A stretch of DNA of 64,000 nucleotides, taken from assembly GCA_965208905.1 (NCBI GenBank), contig OZ242365.1:2048001-2112000 (forward strand), read 5' to 3'. Positions 49,399 to 59,618 of this stretch are shown here, piece after piece. The DNA is from Nitrosopumilaceae archaeon. GTDB lineage: Archaea > Thermoproteota > Nitrososphaeria > Nitrososphaerales > Nitrosopumilaceae. How positions within the stretch are numbered: position 1 is the first letter of the stretch; each line of letters starts with the position of its first letter. The position numbers and the translations under genes are program-made. Under the pieces are notes generated by a model that saw only the letters and a list, made by a program, of their open reading frames with translations, was not told the DNA's origin and made no database searches.

Positions 49399-50731
49399 AC
49401 TTTTTGGCTCAAACAATACGGTTGTATTTAACATGGACGCCCTCACGGGTTTGGGAAAACTCTCCAGTACAACGGTTGATGTTGTGGTTACGTCTCCGCC
49501 ATATTGGGGTCAAAGAGATTATACATGTGGGGACGAGTTAGGCAAGGAATCCACATCAAAAGATTACATTACATCAATGCATGAGATTGGTAATGAGATA
49601 AGGCGTGTACTAAAGGATTCTGGGGTTTACTTTCTCAACATTGGTGACAAGTACAGAAAAAAAGGATTAGAAATGATACCCGAAAGATTGGCATTCAAGA
49701 TGTGTGAGAGTGGTTGGATGGTACGAAATAAGATAATCTGGCATAAGACCAACCCGAACCCATGCCCTGTCACTGACAGATTCACCAATGCCTATGAAGT
49801 TATTTTCATGTTTGTGAAGGATACAAACAACTACCTTCCACCCGAATATTATTTTGATTTGGATCCTGTCCGTGTAGAGCATAAAAGCAAAGAGAGTAAT
49901 GGAAAGAATGGGCATTTGCCAAAAACAATAGATGTGTCTGAGTATGAAAAGTATACCAACCTAATAAAAAATACTACATATGAGGGTAAGTTTAAAGGCC
50001 AAGAATCAATAAACATTGGAGCATCTGCGGGTGGCCGTGTGGGCACAAATGGCGAATACTATTCTCTACAAAGAAAGGCAAACATCACACCAGCCTTGAA
50101 AATAGAAATCATTGAATTTTTGCGTAAGGCTAGAAAAGATAAGGGTTTGTCCATACCAGAAATTGACGAAATGATGGGAACTACATATAGTGCGGGGCAT
50201 TGGTTCAGAGTTGACAGGGGTGGACGGGCTTTACCCTCACCTGAACACTGGGAACATCTGAAAAGAATACTAGACCTGCAAGACACAAAGTATGACAAAA
50301 TAATGACTGAATATCATTATGTGCTGCAAACAGTACGGCATCACGAAAAGGGCAAGAACCCTAGTGATGTGTGGCCAATGGCCACATCCAACATAAAGGA
50401 GAAACATTTTGCACCATTCCCTGAAAAGTTACCCGAAATGTGTATCAAATCATGCTGCCCCATAGATGGAGTAGTCTTGGATCCGTTTGTGGGTGCAGGT
50501 ACTACATTGAAGGTGGCGTCACGGCTAAAACGGTACAGTATAGGCATTGAGATAAATCACACATATCTTGATATTATCAAAAGAGTAGTGGGTGATGATA
50601 TAACAATCATCCCACCCCCCCCCAATAACCTCCATTTCTATTTTCCGATTGTCGGTATGGAGTATTTTGTATCGTTTGTAAGGCTCTTTGATCAATCGGA
50701 ATGTTTGGCCACGATAGCGGTATCTAATTGA
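49376..50731 (+). CDS. Beta-class N4-C/N6-A DNA methyltransferase with internal XRE-like HTH
   Basis: VTSPPY, HFAPFPEKL, VLDPFVGAGTT; start 49376 or 49343. Confidence 0.9.
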   Translation: MTETKPNELFGSNNTVVFNMDALTGLGKLSSTTVDVVVTSPPYWGQRDYTCGDELGKESTSKDYITSMHEIGNEIRRVLKDSGVYFLNIGDKYRKKGLEMIPERLAFKMCESGWMVRNKIIWHKTNPNPCPVTDRFTNAYEVIFMFVKDTNNYLPPEYYFDLDPVRVEHKSKESNGKNGHLPKTIDVSEYEKYTNLIKNTTYEGKFKGQESINIGASAGGRVGTNGEYYSLQRKANITPALKIEIIEFLRKARKDKGLSIPEIDEMMGTTYSAGHWFRVDRGGRALPSPEHWEHLKRILDLQDTKYDKIMTEYHYVLQTVRHHEKGKNPSDVWPMATSNIKEKHFAPFPEKLPEMCIKSCCPIDGVVLDPFVGAGTTLKVASRLKRYSIGIEINHTYLDIIKRVVGDDITIIPPPPNNLHFYFPIVGMEYFVSFVRLFDQSECLATIAVSN

Positions 50732-50868
50732 TTTACCTTTTGACTTTCCAGCATCCATAATGTCATTACCATATACTTCTTTCAGTTTTCCGTTTGGTAC
50801 ACAAATAAGAATGACACATAGTATTTTGTCGGAAGACTCATCATATATGATTTGTATAATATAGGTAA
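50525..50868 (-). pseudogene. 3' remnant of a gene convergent on the MTase (possible cognate REase), cut by IS3
   Basis: Open frame runs up to the IS3 end at 50869; position is typical of an RM partner; no diagnostic motif. Confidence 0.4.
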
Positions 50869-50925
50869 TGGAGTGGACCCCATAGAATGTTACTGTTTTC
50901 GGCATGATTTTACATACATCTTCCA

Positions 50926-51780
50926 TCATTTATTTGTCATCTCCAACTGTTCGGCAAATTCTACTGGTGTCATGTATCCGATAGAGGAATGAATCCTCTC
51001 GGTGTTGTAATCTACAAAGGCCTTTGCAATGATCGTCTCTGCCTCCTGATAGTTCGCAAACTCGTGCGGCCAGATGTATTCCTTTTTCAGCGTCTTGTGA
51101 AATGATTCGACATGTCCGTTCTGCTCCGGCGTATTCTTGTAGATGAATTCATGTTTGCCGATGCCAAGGGCCTGAACCGCATGTCTAAAGTCGCGGCTCG
51201 TATACTGGTTGCCGTTGTCCGTACGCAATCGTAATTGTGAGCAGTCAGGTTTCTCTGCGGCAACCGCGTTGGTGATTGAGGTGATTGCAATGTCTCGTGT
51301 GGCATTGACATCAAACGCGTAGGCGATCCACTTGCGCGTAAAGCAGTCAATTACGTTGAAGCAGTAGCACCAGCCGTCTATACCGCACCAGATGTATGTG
51401 ATGTCCGTCTCCCACAACTGGTGTGGGGCTTTGGGTTTGAAGAGCTTTTGACCCGCTCGAATGATGTCGTTTTTGGTATTTTGTGGCTGGATGTAGCCCA
51501 TTTTGCGATATATCCGCTGTATCTGCTTGCGGTTCACCACAATTCCCGTATCGCGCGTTATCTGGGCCGCCATGCGCCGTGTGCCGTACGTGGGCCTCTT
51601 TCTGCTCGTATCTAGCACAGTGCTCAATATATCCGGATTCAATCCCATGTCTCTGGGCTTGGGTTTGTAGTACCATTGGCGCCTGGATACGCCCGCATAC
51701 CCTAGCGACTTGCGCAGGCTCAAATGTTGTTCCTGCATGATTTTTACCGCGTTCAATCGTTGCTTGCCTCCAAGGTTTTT
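50926..51780 (-). CDS. IS3 OrfB (expressed by -1 frameshift)
   Basis: YGTRRM, WETDITY, RTDNGNQY, NGHVESFHKTLKKE; slippery TTTAAAAAAAA near 51776-51786. Confidence 0.88.
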   Translation of the reverse strand, partial: KNLGGKQRLNAVKIMQEQHLSLRKSLGYAGVSRRQWYYKPKPRDMGLNPDILSTVLDTSRKRPTYGTRRMAAQITRDTGIVVNRKQIQRIYRKMGYIQPQNTKNDIIRAGQKLFKPKAPHQLWETDITYIWCGIDGWCYCFNVIDCFTRKWIAYAFDVNATRDIAITSITNAVAAEKPDCSQLRLRTDNGNQYTSRDFRHAVQALGIGKHEFIYKNTPEQNGHVESFHKTLKKEYIWPHEFANYQEAETIIAKAFVDYNTERIHSSIGYMTPVEFAEQLEMTNK

Positions 51781-52043
51781 TTTAAAGCGTCGTTTGCGAT
51801 TGTCAGATCCCCTATGATTCGCTTTAGGTCGCCGTTCTCCTTTTTGATGGCCTTTATCGGATCCTTCTTTCCGTGATGGGTCAGTCCGGACTTGCCTGCG
51901 TCCATGAACTTTTGCCGCCAGGCTTGAAACGTTTGGGGATGAACGTTGTGCTTGCGGCACAGCTCGGCCGTGCCAATATTGGTCTTGATTGATTCCAAAA
52001 CGATCTGGATCTTTTGGTCTGGAGTAAACTTTGTTCTTACCAT
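51753..52043 (-). CDS. IS3 OrfA
   Basis: FTPDQKIQIVLE...AELCRKHNVHPQTFQAWR. Confidence 0.9.
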   Translation of the reverse strand: MVRTKFTPDQKIQIVLESIKTNIGTAELCRKHNVHPQTFQAWRQKFMDAGKSGLTHHGKKDPIKAIKKENGDLKRIIGDLTIANDALKKTLEASND

Positions 52044-52212
52044 GGCATCATCCCTCCCATTACGACTTTAAGCTGTATGAACGTGAGTGTTCTCATTCTA
52101 GCGGGGTCCCCACCACTCACATGGGAACCGTAAATTGTTACCATGTGGTGATGGTTCTCACCGGGCCCATTACTTTTTGGTAACTTTAATCGGATTCTAC
52201 CGTACAACAACC

Positions 52213-52655
52213 ATGAAGTTGACCGAGGAGGAGATCATCAGGTCGGATGACGTGTCCCCACTGAGACTGTTTGAGCAGGGCATACCCGCCGAGATCACGC
52301 GCAGCAAGTACACCGCAACCCGCGCCGGATAATGTACGAGATGTTAGAGGACATACTGGAGGGTGACTTTGAGGAGCGGGCGGCCCAGTTTGTCAGGCAT
52401 GCCAGGGAAGACCAGGACTGGACGCGCGACGTCATGTTGTCCCTGTACTGGAAGCTCCGCAAGCGGACCGATCTGCCCAAGGATGATTCAAACTACCTCC
52501 ACCCAACATCCATCAAGACGTACTTCAAGCCATTGCGCAAGTTGCTGGAGATGAACAACGTGGCCATACCATGGGGGTGGATACAGGCGACCTACCCTGA
52601 GCGGAACAACATACTGGGTAGTACTCGCCAAAAAGAATGGAAAAACTCAGAATAA
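52213..52655 (+). pseudogene. Frameshifted N-terminal fragment of a tyrosine integrase-like gene
   Basis: LFEQGI.AEITRSKY / ILEGDFEERAAQFV...HPTSIKTYFKPLRKLLEMNNVAIPW resembles thaumarchaeal integrase N-domains as I recall them; catalytic half absent. Confidence 0.6.
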
Positions 52656-52766
52656 ATCGATAGATATTACCGCCTTATCGCCTGTAGAGAGATGGTTGTG
52701 GAAGACGAACAAGCCTAAAGACATTGTTATTTGTAAAGAATAGTAATACGGGCAGGTCGCTTCTGT

Positions 52767-53876
52767 CCCCGTGATAGTTCCAAGATATGTCGGGCCGCTA
52801 TGGTACCAGCAGCCAGTCAAATATTTTGACTATTGGTATCTCACCGTTGCGTGTAATCTGCCTTATAGTATCCCGCATACTGTCCAGACCATCAAAGATG
52901 TCGGCGATGGCCACCCTTATTTCCCTCCACTCTATTAGATGGGGTTGAGCTGCGGGGTGTGGGGCGGCAGGTGTAGTATCTCTATGTCATCACACGCGTC
53001 GTCTAGGCACTTTCGCATGGTTACGCCGGTGAGGGCGCTGGCGTTGTCCGCTATCATTTCCACCTTCCCATAACGTCGGTGCAGGTGTTTGATTAGCTCG
53101 ACATAACTGGCGGCTGTCAGGTTGTCATGAAACTGCAAATCCAGAGTATCATCCCCAGGGCACCGATCATATGGATGGACCGCTTGATTGGGACCGTCTC
53201 CTTTCCTCCCCGGCGCTTTATTCCCCTGCGAGATACAGGTGAATCGCGCAGGGTGGCTGCGTCAACTACCACTACCACGCGACCCTACGCCCCCCACCTG
53301 GATGTAGTTGCCCGTCCTTTCTTGATGAACTCCCTCTGCTCTTCTGGTGTGGCGCTGTTGTACGGGGTAGGCCGTAGTTTTCTGACCGAGAATCCCAGCC
53401 GGTGCGCCAGCCGGATGGCCGACCTACTGCTGTACTGTACGCCGAACCGTTCCAGTATGTGTCTGGCAAGTATCTTGGCATTCCAACTGCCACGCACAAA
53501 GCCGCACTTGCGCGGTGTTCCGTCGAGATCCCCCTCGATGGTACGCTCCTGTTCTGGGCTCAGCAGCCGTGGCCTGCCCGGACTCTTAGTATCGTGCCAA
53601 CCCTCGGGGCATTTGCGCTCCATTCTGTATAGCCACCGGTGAACGGTGCTGATCCCCCGCCCTATAGTGCGGGCTATCTCAGCATCATGCCGCGCTTTCT
53701 GAGCACGGCGGCCTGTAGCCTGTCCCTGGACTTGCCGAGGTGTTCGCGCCTGTACGTCTCTTCCAGCTCGGATAACTGCACGCCGGGCAGATATTCTTCT
53801 CTCTTTACCAATGTCTCCTTTGGCATAGGGGTCTAGGAACAGCAGGACGATCTATGTGTTTTGATTCGTCACGGGG
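52767..53876 (-). mobile_element. Decayed IS630-family element
   Basis: Fragments: EEYLPGV..KSRDRL, DTKSPGRPR..RLGFSVRKLRP, IADNAS..LPPHTPQLNPI*; short inverted ends CCCCGTGA; boundaries approximate. Confidence 0.8.
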
Positions 53877-54303
53877 TTTTCCATTCTTTTTGGCGAGTAC
53901 TATGCAGTTGTAGCGCGGCTACCTCATCCAAATCGATATCTGGATTCTCCGTGAGTGTGATGAAGTTGATGCCGGTCATCGACAACCGATCTGACAGTTG
54001 GTCAACTCGGCTATCCGTAGATATAGACAGGAACGTACGTATCCACTGGATACGATCATCCGCGATATCACGCGTTTCATAGTGCTCTACCCACTTCTCA
54101 CCAATCCTATCTATCAGGTAATCATTCGGTATCTTGCCCGCCGCCACCGTGTTTGCACGCGTCTCGGCTAGTGTGTTGTCGTCATTACCATCACTGGCGT
54201 CGATGTTCATCGGTATTTCTGATGATACGCCGACCATCACCTGACTGATGACCACTGCGACCAATATCACAGAGATAACAGCTATTGTTGTTTTTTTATT
54301 CAT
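53869..54303 (-). CDS. Secreted hypothetical protein, possibly truncated by IS630
   Basis: Signal peptide; stop codon lies in the putative IS end. Confidence 0.6.
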   Translation of the reverse strand: MNKKTTIAVISVILVAVVISQVMVGVSSEIPMNIDASDGNDDNTLAETRANTVAAGKIPNDYLIDRIGEKWVEHYETRDIADDRIQWIRTFLSISTDSRVDQLSDRLSMTGINFITLTENPDIDLDEVAALQLHSTRQKEWKTP

Positions 54304-54409
54304 TGGTAGACTGGGGGATGTTTATCTACATAACAATAGAAAGTGGCCAGTGCAGCTCCCGTGATGTTACAGCCGAGGACGGACCCGGTTGGAACGTGTG
54401 ACCGCCGAT

Positions 54410-54916
54410 TTATCCGAAGAAGATGGTGCCGGTTCCCGGGCGCACCACGTTGGCGACGTATCTGTTGACGGCGGGATACAACCTGCTGTCCCTGAGGAAG
54501 TCGCAGTCGGTCGTACAGAACCCGTAAAAGGAATTCTGTAGACCTATCTGTCCTGGGATGTCGTAATACGTCAGATCCACGTTCAGCTTGCCCAAGGTAG
54601 TCCCGCGCGAGGCATCAGTGCCGGGCTGCCTGACGTTCTTGGTCAGAAAGTTGTGGCGGCCCAAATCCCGTATACTGCGGGCAAGCCTTGAGAATTCGGA
54701 CCAGTTATCGGTAGGCATGTCCACCAGAAACGGGTTGTCATCCAAGACAAGCACTCGGAAGTCGGTGAACTCACGCTGGTAGTCTATGGTGAGCAGCCAT
54801 ATGTTGCACATGCCGTAAGCAGTGCCGGCCGCATATATATAGTTGGGATCAAAAGTAACCCCGCATTTCATAAAGAATAAATGATCGCAATTCCTACCCA
54901 GCGCATGGACGACCAA
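54410..54916 (-). CDS. Hypothetical protein or 3' fragment
   Basis: 168-aa ORF whose 5' end overlaps the IS630 fragment. Confidence 0.4.
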   Translation of the reverse strand: MVVHALGRNCDHLFFMKCGVTFDPNYIYAAGTAYGMCNIWLLTIDYQREFTDFRVLVLDDNPFLVDMPTDNWSEFSRLARSIRDLGRHNFLTKNVRQPGTDASRGTTLGKLNVDLTYYDIPGQIGLQNSFYGFCTTDCDFLRDSRLYPAVNRYVANVVRPGTGTIFFG

Positions 54917-55321
54917 ACCGAAGCTGAAAAAATAAAGGCGACCCTAAGACAAACCCGGAGTACGCGCGAGTACACCCGTGTCGTGGCCGTGAACATGGTG
55001 CGCGTCAACAGGCAGAGCCCCACATTTGCGGCGAAGATGCTTGGCGTCGACCGAGGCACTGTCCGCGACTGGCTCGACGCTTACGCCCACAACGGCCTGA
55101 ATGGTCTCGCCGATGACGCGAGGCCGGGCCGTCCCCCTTTCGTCCCGCGCGCCAATCTGGAGAAGATAGTCGGTGGCGCCAAACGGTTTACCGCCTACGA
55201 GTTCGTCGAATTGGTAGAGAAAAAGACCGGTGTGGAGCACAGTGAACAGCACGCGCGCCGCCTGTTGAGGTCGTTGGGTTTCGCGGTCAAGAAGACTCCT
55301 CGAATATCCCTCACTATTTAG
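54881..55321 (+). pseudogene. IS630-family transposase N-terminal HTH fragment
   Basis: AAKMLGVDRGTVRDWL...GLADDARPGRP...RLLRSLGF; no DDE part. Confidence 0.82.
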
Positions 55322-55405
55322 CCTTCATGACAAGGTCATGTAGTAAATGCACATTGGCAGCAACTAGACAACTGACTGTGTACTTGCAGATGCTGCGCGC
55401 CACAA

Positions 55406-55894
55406 TCATTCCCATTGGTCACAGTCAAAAGAGATGCGTATGTTCTCAACGTTCTCATGTCGTTTGTCAGATTTGTACTCAAATGACATGTTGCACACAT
55501 CAATGACCGGCTGAACAAAATCAAAGTCGGCTGGTTCTGTGATGAACAGGTGGTCTTCACCCCCCATATTGTCACTTTGGGAGATGTGTATAGATCCGCC
55601 CTCCTCGTGTTCGCATATGAGCGACATGTTCACCACCACTGGCTGCTCAGACATGTTATATTTGGAGATGTTTATCGTACAGTTTTTGGCCAGTGACCTG
55701 TAATTGGCCTCGTCTTGACCGTTATCCCAAGTCCATACTGTCCACCCATCAGGGATGTTCTCCAGGGTATTGGGCTGGTTGTTTGTGGTAGCGGTCATCA
55801 GCGGTATTATGAAGGCGGCAACGTATACTGCTATTCCCAAACCCACCACGCCAGCCAGTCCTATGGTGATGTACTTGTAGCTGTTTCGCACCAC
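55406..55894 (-). CDS. Membrane-anchored hypothetical protein with 4-Cys domain
   Basis: N-terminal TM helix; shares a motif with 59619-60617. Confidence 0.7.
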   Translation of the reverse strand: MVRNSYKYITIGLAGVVGLGIAVYVAAFIIPLMTATTNNQPNTLENIPDGWTVWTWDNGQDEANYRSLAKNCTINISKYNMSEQPVVVNMSLICEHEEGGSIHISQSDNMGGEDHLFITEPADFDFVQPVIDVCNMSFEYKSDKRHENVENIRISFDCDQWE

Positions 55895-56341
55895 GCCTTA
55901 CCATAGACATTTTGCCAATATATCATTTAGTGCTTAAATGGGTATTGTCCATCCATACGCCAACGAATTACTGCCATGTTGTTCTGGAGTCTTACATTTG
56001 TAAGCGATAACTTTGATCATCACAGGTACGGTAGCATCATGTCTAGGGTATTATTGTCTGGAAGTAAAAATCTACCAATATCATAATGCATTAAACACTG
56101 CCATTCTCTTATATTGGAAATATGTTACCCACGCAGATGTTACATCTACGGTAAGAAGGTGTCATGACATGGCGACTTCGACAAAAAAGTGACCTAGACT
56201 GACATGGTCAGAGCCACTACCGGAATATGTGTATAGGTTTGGAATACCTGATATGGTCTTTAGACACACGTAGTATGCTTACTTCAATGGGGCCTGGGGC
56301 TTCCGCCCCCCTAGCAGTACTGGATTGGAATTGGAGATGAC

Positions 56342-56570
56342 TGCATCTGCTGTGGTACAGTTTGCATAGATCATGATGTAAACGCAGCCGAGAATATACG
56401 GCGAAGCGCCGTATCCCGTTACGGTCAGAGGGTTCATGGGGAAGAGTACCTGCCCAACGTGAAGCTATCAGAACTGAAAGAGATGTACAGGCGCGAGCAT
56501 CCCGGCAAGTCAAGGGTCAGGCTTTAAACAGCAGTGCTCAGAAAGCAGGACAGGACGCTCAAGAATATGC
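56342..56570 (+). pseudogene. Chimeric relic: TnpB C-terminus joined to IS630 N-terminus
   Basis: CICCGTVCIDHDVNAAENI... then EEYLPNVKLSELKEMYRREHPGKSRVRL*TAVLRK, matching the 53826 IS630 start. Confidence 0.7.
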
Positions 56571-56638
56571 CTTCCGTAAAATACGTTACCTGACAGGAGC
56601 GCCTGCTGCCTAAAAGGGAACATAGCGGAAGGAAAAAA

Positions 56639-59260
56639 CTACTGTGCGGGCGTCTCCCACCATCTGTCTATTAGTTCTTCGGGGATAAGGTCGAGAGTCT
56701 TTTGTAGGATTGAGCCCAGTATGGGGTTGTCCCGTTGGTAGGCCACGTGCAGGCCGGAGACCGCACCGGTGGTACCGGAGTTGTGGATGGTGATGTTAAG
56801 GTTCTGCGCCTCTGCCAAGATGGGTAGCCAATTTCCGGCCAGTGTGTCACCGGTATTGTTCTGTAGCATCAGGAGACCATCTCGGATGCTGGGCACCGAT
56901 GTGTACTGTAGGTCGGGTTTGTTTACGTCCAGCCAATCCTCAATAAAGTAGCCAGTTGGCGTCAGCACGCGTAAACCAGGATCATCTATCGTTATAGGTT
57001 GGCCGGTAACAGTAGCCAGACTGGGCTGTAACATGAAGTGTGGTTTGGTGAACCCCAGATACTCCTGGCGCTGCGGAGTCTCTCCCATCATAAAGGAGAC
57101 ATCGGCAGTGCCGTTCTGGAGTAGTTGCAACGATTCAGACCAGTTGGATGTATGCACCGGTTGAAAGTCCACACCAATGAGGGATTCAAACCGTTCCAGG
57201 TACAGCGTCGTCACGCCTGCGAGGTTGCCCTGTTCATCAGTATACTCTATGGGGAACCATCCAGGATCATACGCAACGGTGATGGTACGGTTGTCGTTGC
57301 GCCAGGCGCATTCTTCGGCGGTCAAGGGCAGTACCGGCGCGGGCGGTGCTGGTCGTATACCGGCGTCTACGTACCAATCGTCAATCGTGTCATCAGGAAT
57401 GGCATCAACAATCTTCTGAAGGACCGACCCGAGAGTGGTGTTGTTCTTGCTGTATCCAACATGCGACGCGTCCCCCTCCCCTATGGTACCGACGTTGTAA
57501 ACGGTAATATCCAATTCCTGGGCGCGGGTATTGGACACATGCCATGGTTGGGCGAAGGCGGTACCGCCTCCATCATCAAGCAGCATCAGCGCCTCGTCCA
57601 GTGTGGGTACCGATACGTAGTCTATATCTGGGTGATTCGCGTCCAACCACTCTTCTATGTAAAAGCCAGTTATGGTTATCAGTTTGAGGTCGGAGTCTTC
57701 CACGGTCGTATAGCAGTCGACTGTAGATATTAGGTTGGACGGATCGGCCCTACTCGTCTCAACAAACCCCATGTACTCGGAACGCTCGACGGTGGGGACA
57801 AGATGAAACACCATGTTGACATTACCGGCGCGTGTATCATCTAAAAGATCATTGAACAATTCGTATCCCGCCAACTCAAAGTCTAACCCACTCAATCTAG
57901 TAAACTCATCCAAGAACGTAAAGGTGAGCCCCGCCGGGGAGCCTTGTTTGGAGACATACTCGTAGGGTGGCCAGTTCTCGTCATAGCCCACCCGTACTAC
58001 CGGATTGGTATCCAGCCATGCCCGCTCTTCTGGACTCCAGTCTATCTCATCCGCCTGTAAGGGCTCAACTGGCACCGGATCCGTGCTGACCTGTGTCCAT
58101 CGATCACCGACAGCTGCAACTATCTGGTGTCCGGAGGGCAACAGGTCGCCGGCCTCATTAAGGCTATCGTACCGGTAGGCCCCGTCGAACCCGGCCACCA
58201 CCTCTGGGAACACCTCGCCCACATCGGAGCCGTCCGCGCTGTCCGCAAGAATGACGGCCAAGCCAGCCATCCAGACAGCGTCATAGGCTGTGAACGCCAG
58301 CAAAGACGGTTCCCGGCCGAGCTGGTCGTACATGTTAGAGCTGACATGGTCGTAGGATGAGCCATGCTCAAAGTCGACGACGGCCAAGGTCATGTTGACC
58401 CGGTCGGCGAATGCGGCCGCCACAGGGTTCTCCGACAGGACAAAGTCTAGTATCACCGACTCGGAGGCAAACCAGCGTATATCATCCAAGACAGGGTAGT
58501 AGCCGGCCAGCTCAGAGATGGTAATAGATTCCTCGAACGATATCATCAGGACTGCTACCTGATAGGCGCCGTGGACGGCGACGGCCTCGCTCACATACTT
58601 TGACAACAGGTCGACCTCGGAGGTCATTGTCTTGGTGGTGGTCGGATACCTGATGCCGCCATGTACTGCAATACCCATCTCCTCCAAGTTAGACATTGTT
58701 GCCTGCATCAGCCCGTCCCCGTAGGCATCGCCTCTCCAGATGGGGACGACCGAGGCTATCCCGGCCTCGGACAGCATCCTGCCCACGGCTGCCGCCTGGG
58801 TCAGATCGTCGGGTACCAGCCGGAACACGTAATCTCCGGCCACGGCCAACCCTGGAGCCGACGAGCCCGGGCTTATGGAAGTTATCTTGTGTTGTGTGGC
58901 ATAGTCGATGATTGCCCTGACGTTGTTGCTAGCTACTGGTCCTAACACCGTGGTGATTCCCATGTTATGCAACTGGGCGATGCTGTTTGCGGCAACAGTT
59001 GGGTCCGAGGACCCGGCCGCTTGCTGGATGGCCAGTCGCCACTCGATGCCGCGCTCATCCAGATAACCGTTAAAGTCGGAGACCGCCAGCTGATACGCCA
59101 ACCCCGCGTCCTCCCCGTATGCTCCCTGCTCAAGGTTTAACGGGTAGATTGCCCCGATGGTGACTGTCCCGTCGTCCGGGAGGTCTGCATGGGCAGCCCC
59201 AGTTGTAGCAACCAAGACCGCCAAGATAAGCGGGCAGCCAACCATACCTCGCGTCATCAT
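56639..59260 (-). CDS. Secreted multi-domain solute-binding protein (type I LivJ-like plus two family-3 domains)
   Basis: TIGAIYPL..VFRLVPDD..RGDAYG; two copies of E..W.....V.YD..W.P.EY. Confidence 0.85.
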   Translation of the reverse strand: MMTRGMVGCPLILAVLVATTGAAHADLPDDGTVTIGAIYPLNLEQGAYGEDAGLAYQLAVSDFNGYLDERGIEWRLAIQQAAGSSDPTVAANSIAQLHNMGITTVLGPVASNNVRAIIDYATQHKITSISPGSSAPGLAVAGDYVFRLVPDDLTQAAAVGRMLSEAGIASVVPIWRGDAYGDGLMQATMSNLEEMGIAVHGGIRYPTTTKTMTSEVDLLSKYVSEAVAVHGAYQVAVLMISFEESITISELAGYYPVLDDIRWFASESVILDFVLSENPVAAAFADRVNMTLAVVDFEHGSSYDHVSSNMYDQLGREPSLLAFTAYDAVWMAGLAVILADSADGSDVGEVFPEVVAGFDGAYRYDSLNEAGDLLPSGHQIVAAVGDRWTQVSTDPVPVEPLQADEIDWSPEERAWLDTNPVVRVGYDENWPPYEYVSKQGSPAGLTFTFLDEFTRLSGLDFELAGYELFNDLLDDTRAGNVNMVFHLVPTVERSEYMGFVETSRADPSNLISTVDCYTTVEDSDLKLITITGFYIEEWLDANHPDIDYVSVPTLDEALMLLDDGGGTAFAQPWHVSNTRAQELDITVYNVGTIGEGDASHVGYSKNNTTLGSVLQKIVDAIPDDTIDDWYVDAGIRPAPPAPVLPLTAEECAWRNDNRTITVAYDPGWFPIEYTDEQGNLAGVTTLYLERFESLIGVDFQPVHTSNWSESLQLLQNGTADVSFMMGETPQRQEYLGFTKPHFMLQPSLATVTGQPITIDDPGLRVLTPTGYFIEDWLDVNKPDLQYTSVPSIRDGLLMLQNNTGDTLAGNWLPILAEAQNLNITIHNSGTTGAVSGLHVAYQRDNPILGSILQKTLDLIPEELIDRWWETPAQ

Positions 59261-59618
59261 CGTAACCTATGAGATCATAATATAAAGCATTATACTCCGG
59301 TAACTTTTGTCAAGTTGGTGTGTGATGAATCGCCAGGCTATTGTGCTCAGAAAACATAACATGATGGTGTAAATCCATCACATACTACAGAACGTCCAAG
59401 GAGAGCGGACTGGTCATACCATCCGATACAACGTCGCGAAAGCGTAAGTGGGTGTGATACGAGCGTAAACACTCCAACTCCATGTGGCATATCAACTGGC
59501 ACGTCATGAGGGGTTCGCGTGTGAGGGGGGCTTCGCAGGTATGGGTGGATGATGCATGGATGGCTTGGAGTCTGCGGCCGGCAGAATTTTCGGTTACGTC
59601 AACTTTCCAGTCCCAAAT

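Larger units (their letters stand above)
50869..52115 (-). mobile_element. IS3-family element related to 3978-5238, no TSD
   Basis: TIRs TGGAGTGGACCCC and TGGTGGGGACCCC; flanks GGTAA / CTCAC differ. Confidence 0.9.

Noticed and set aside
51781-51960. N-terminal 60 aa of the 344-aa IS3 ORF
   Set aside because: Overlaps OrfA in another frame upstream of the slippery site.
52914-52925. CCCTTATTTCCC as the missing right end of the IS6 element
   Set aside because: One mismatch, no extended match, and it lies inside IS630 coding sequence.
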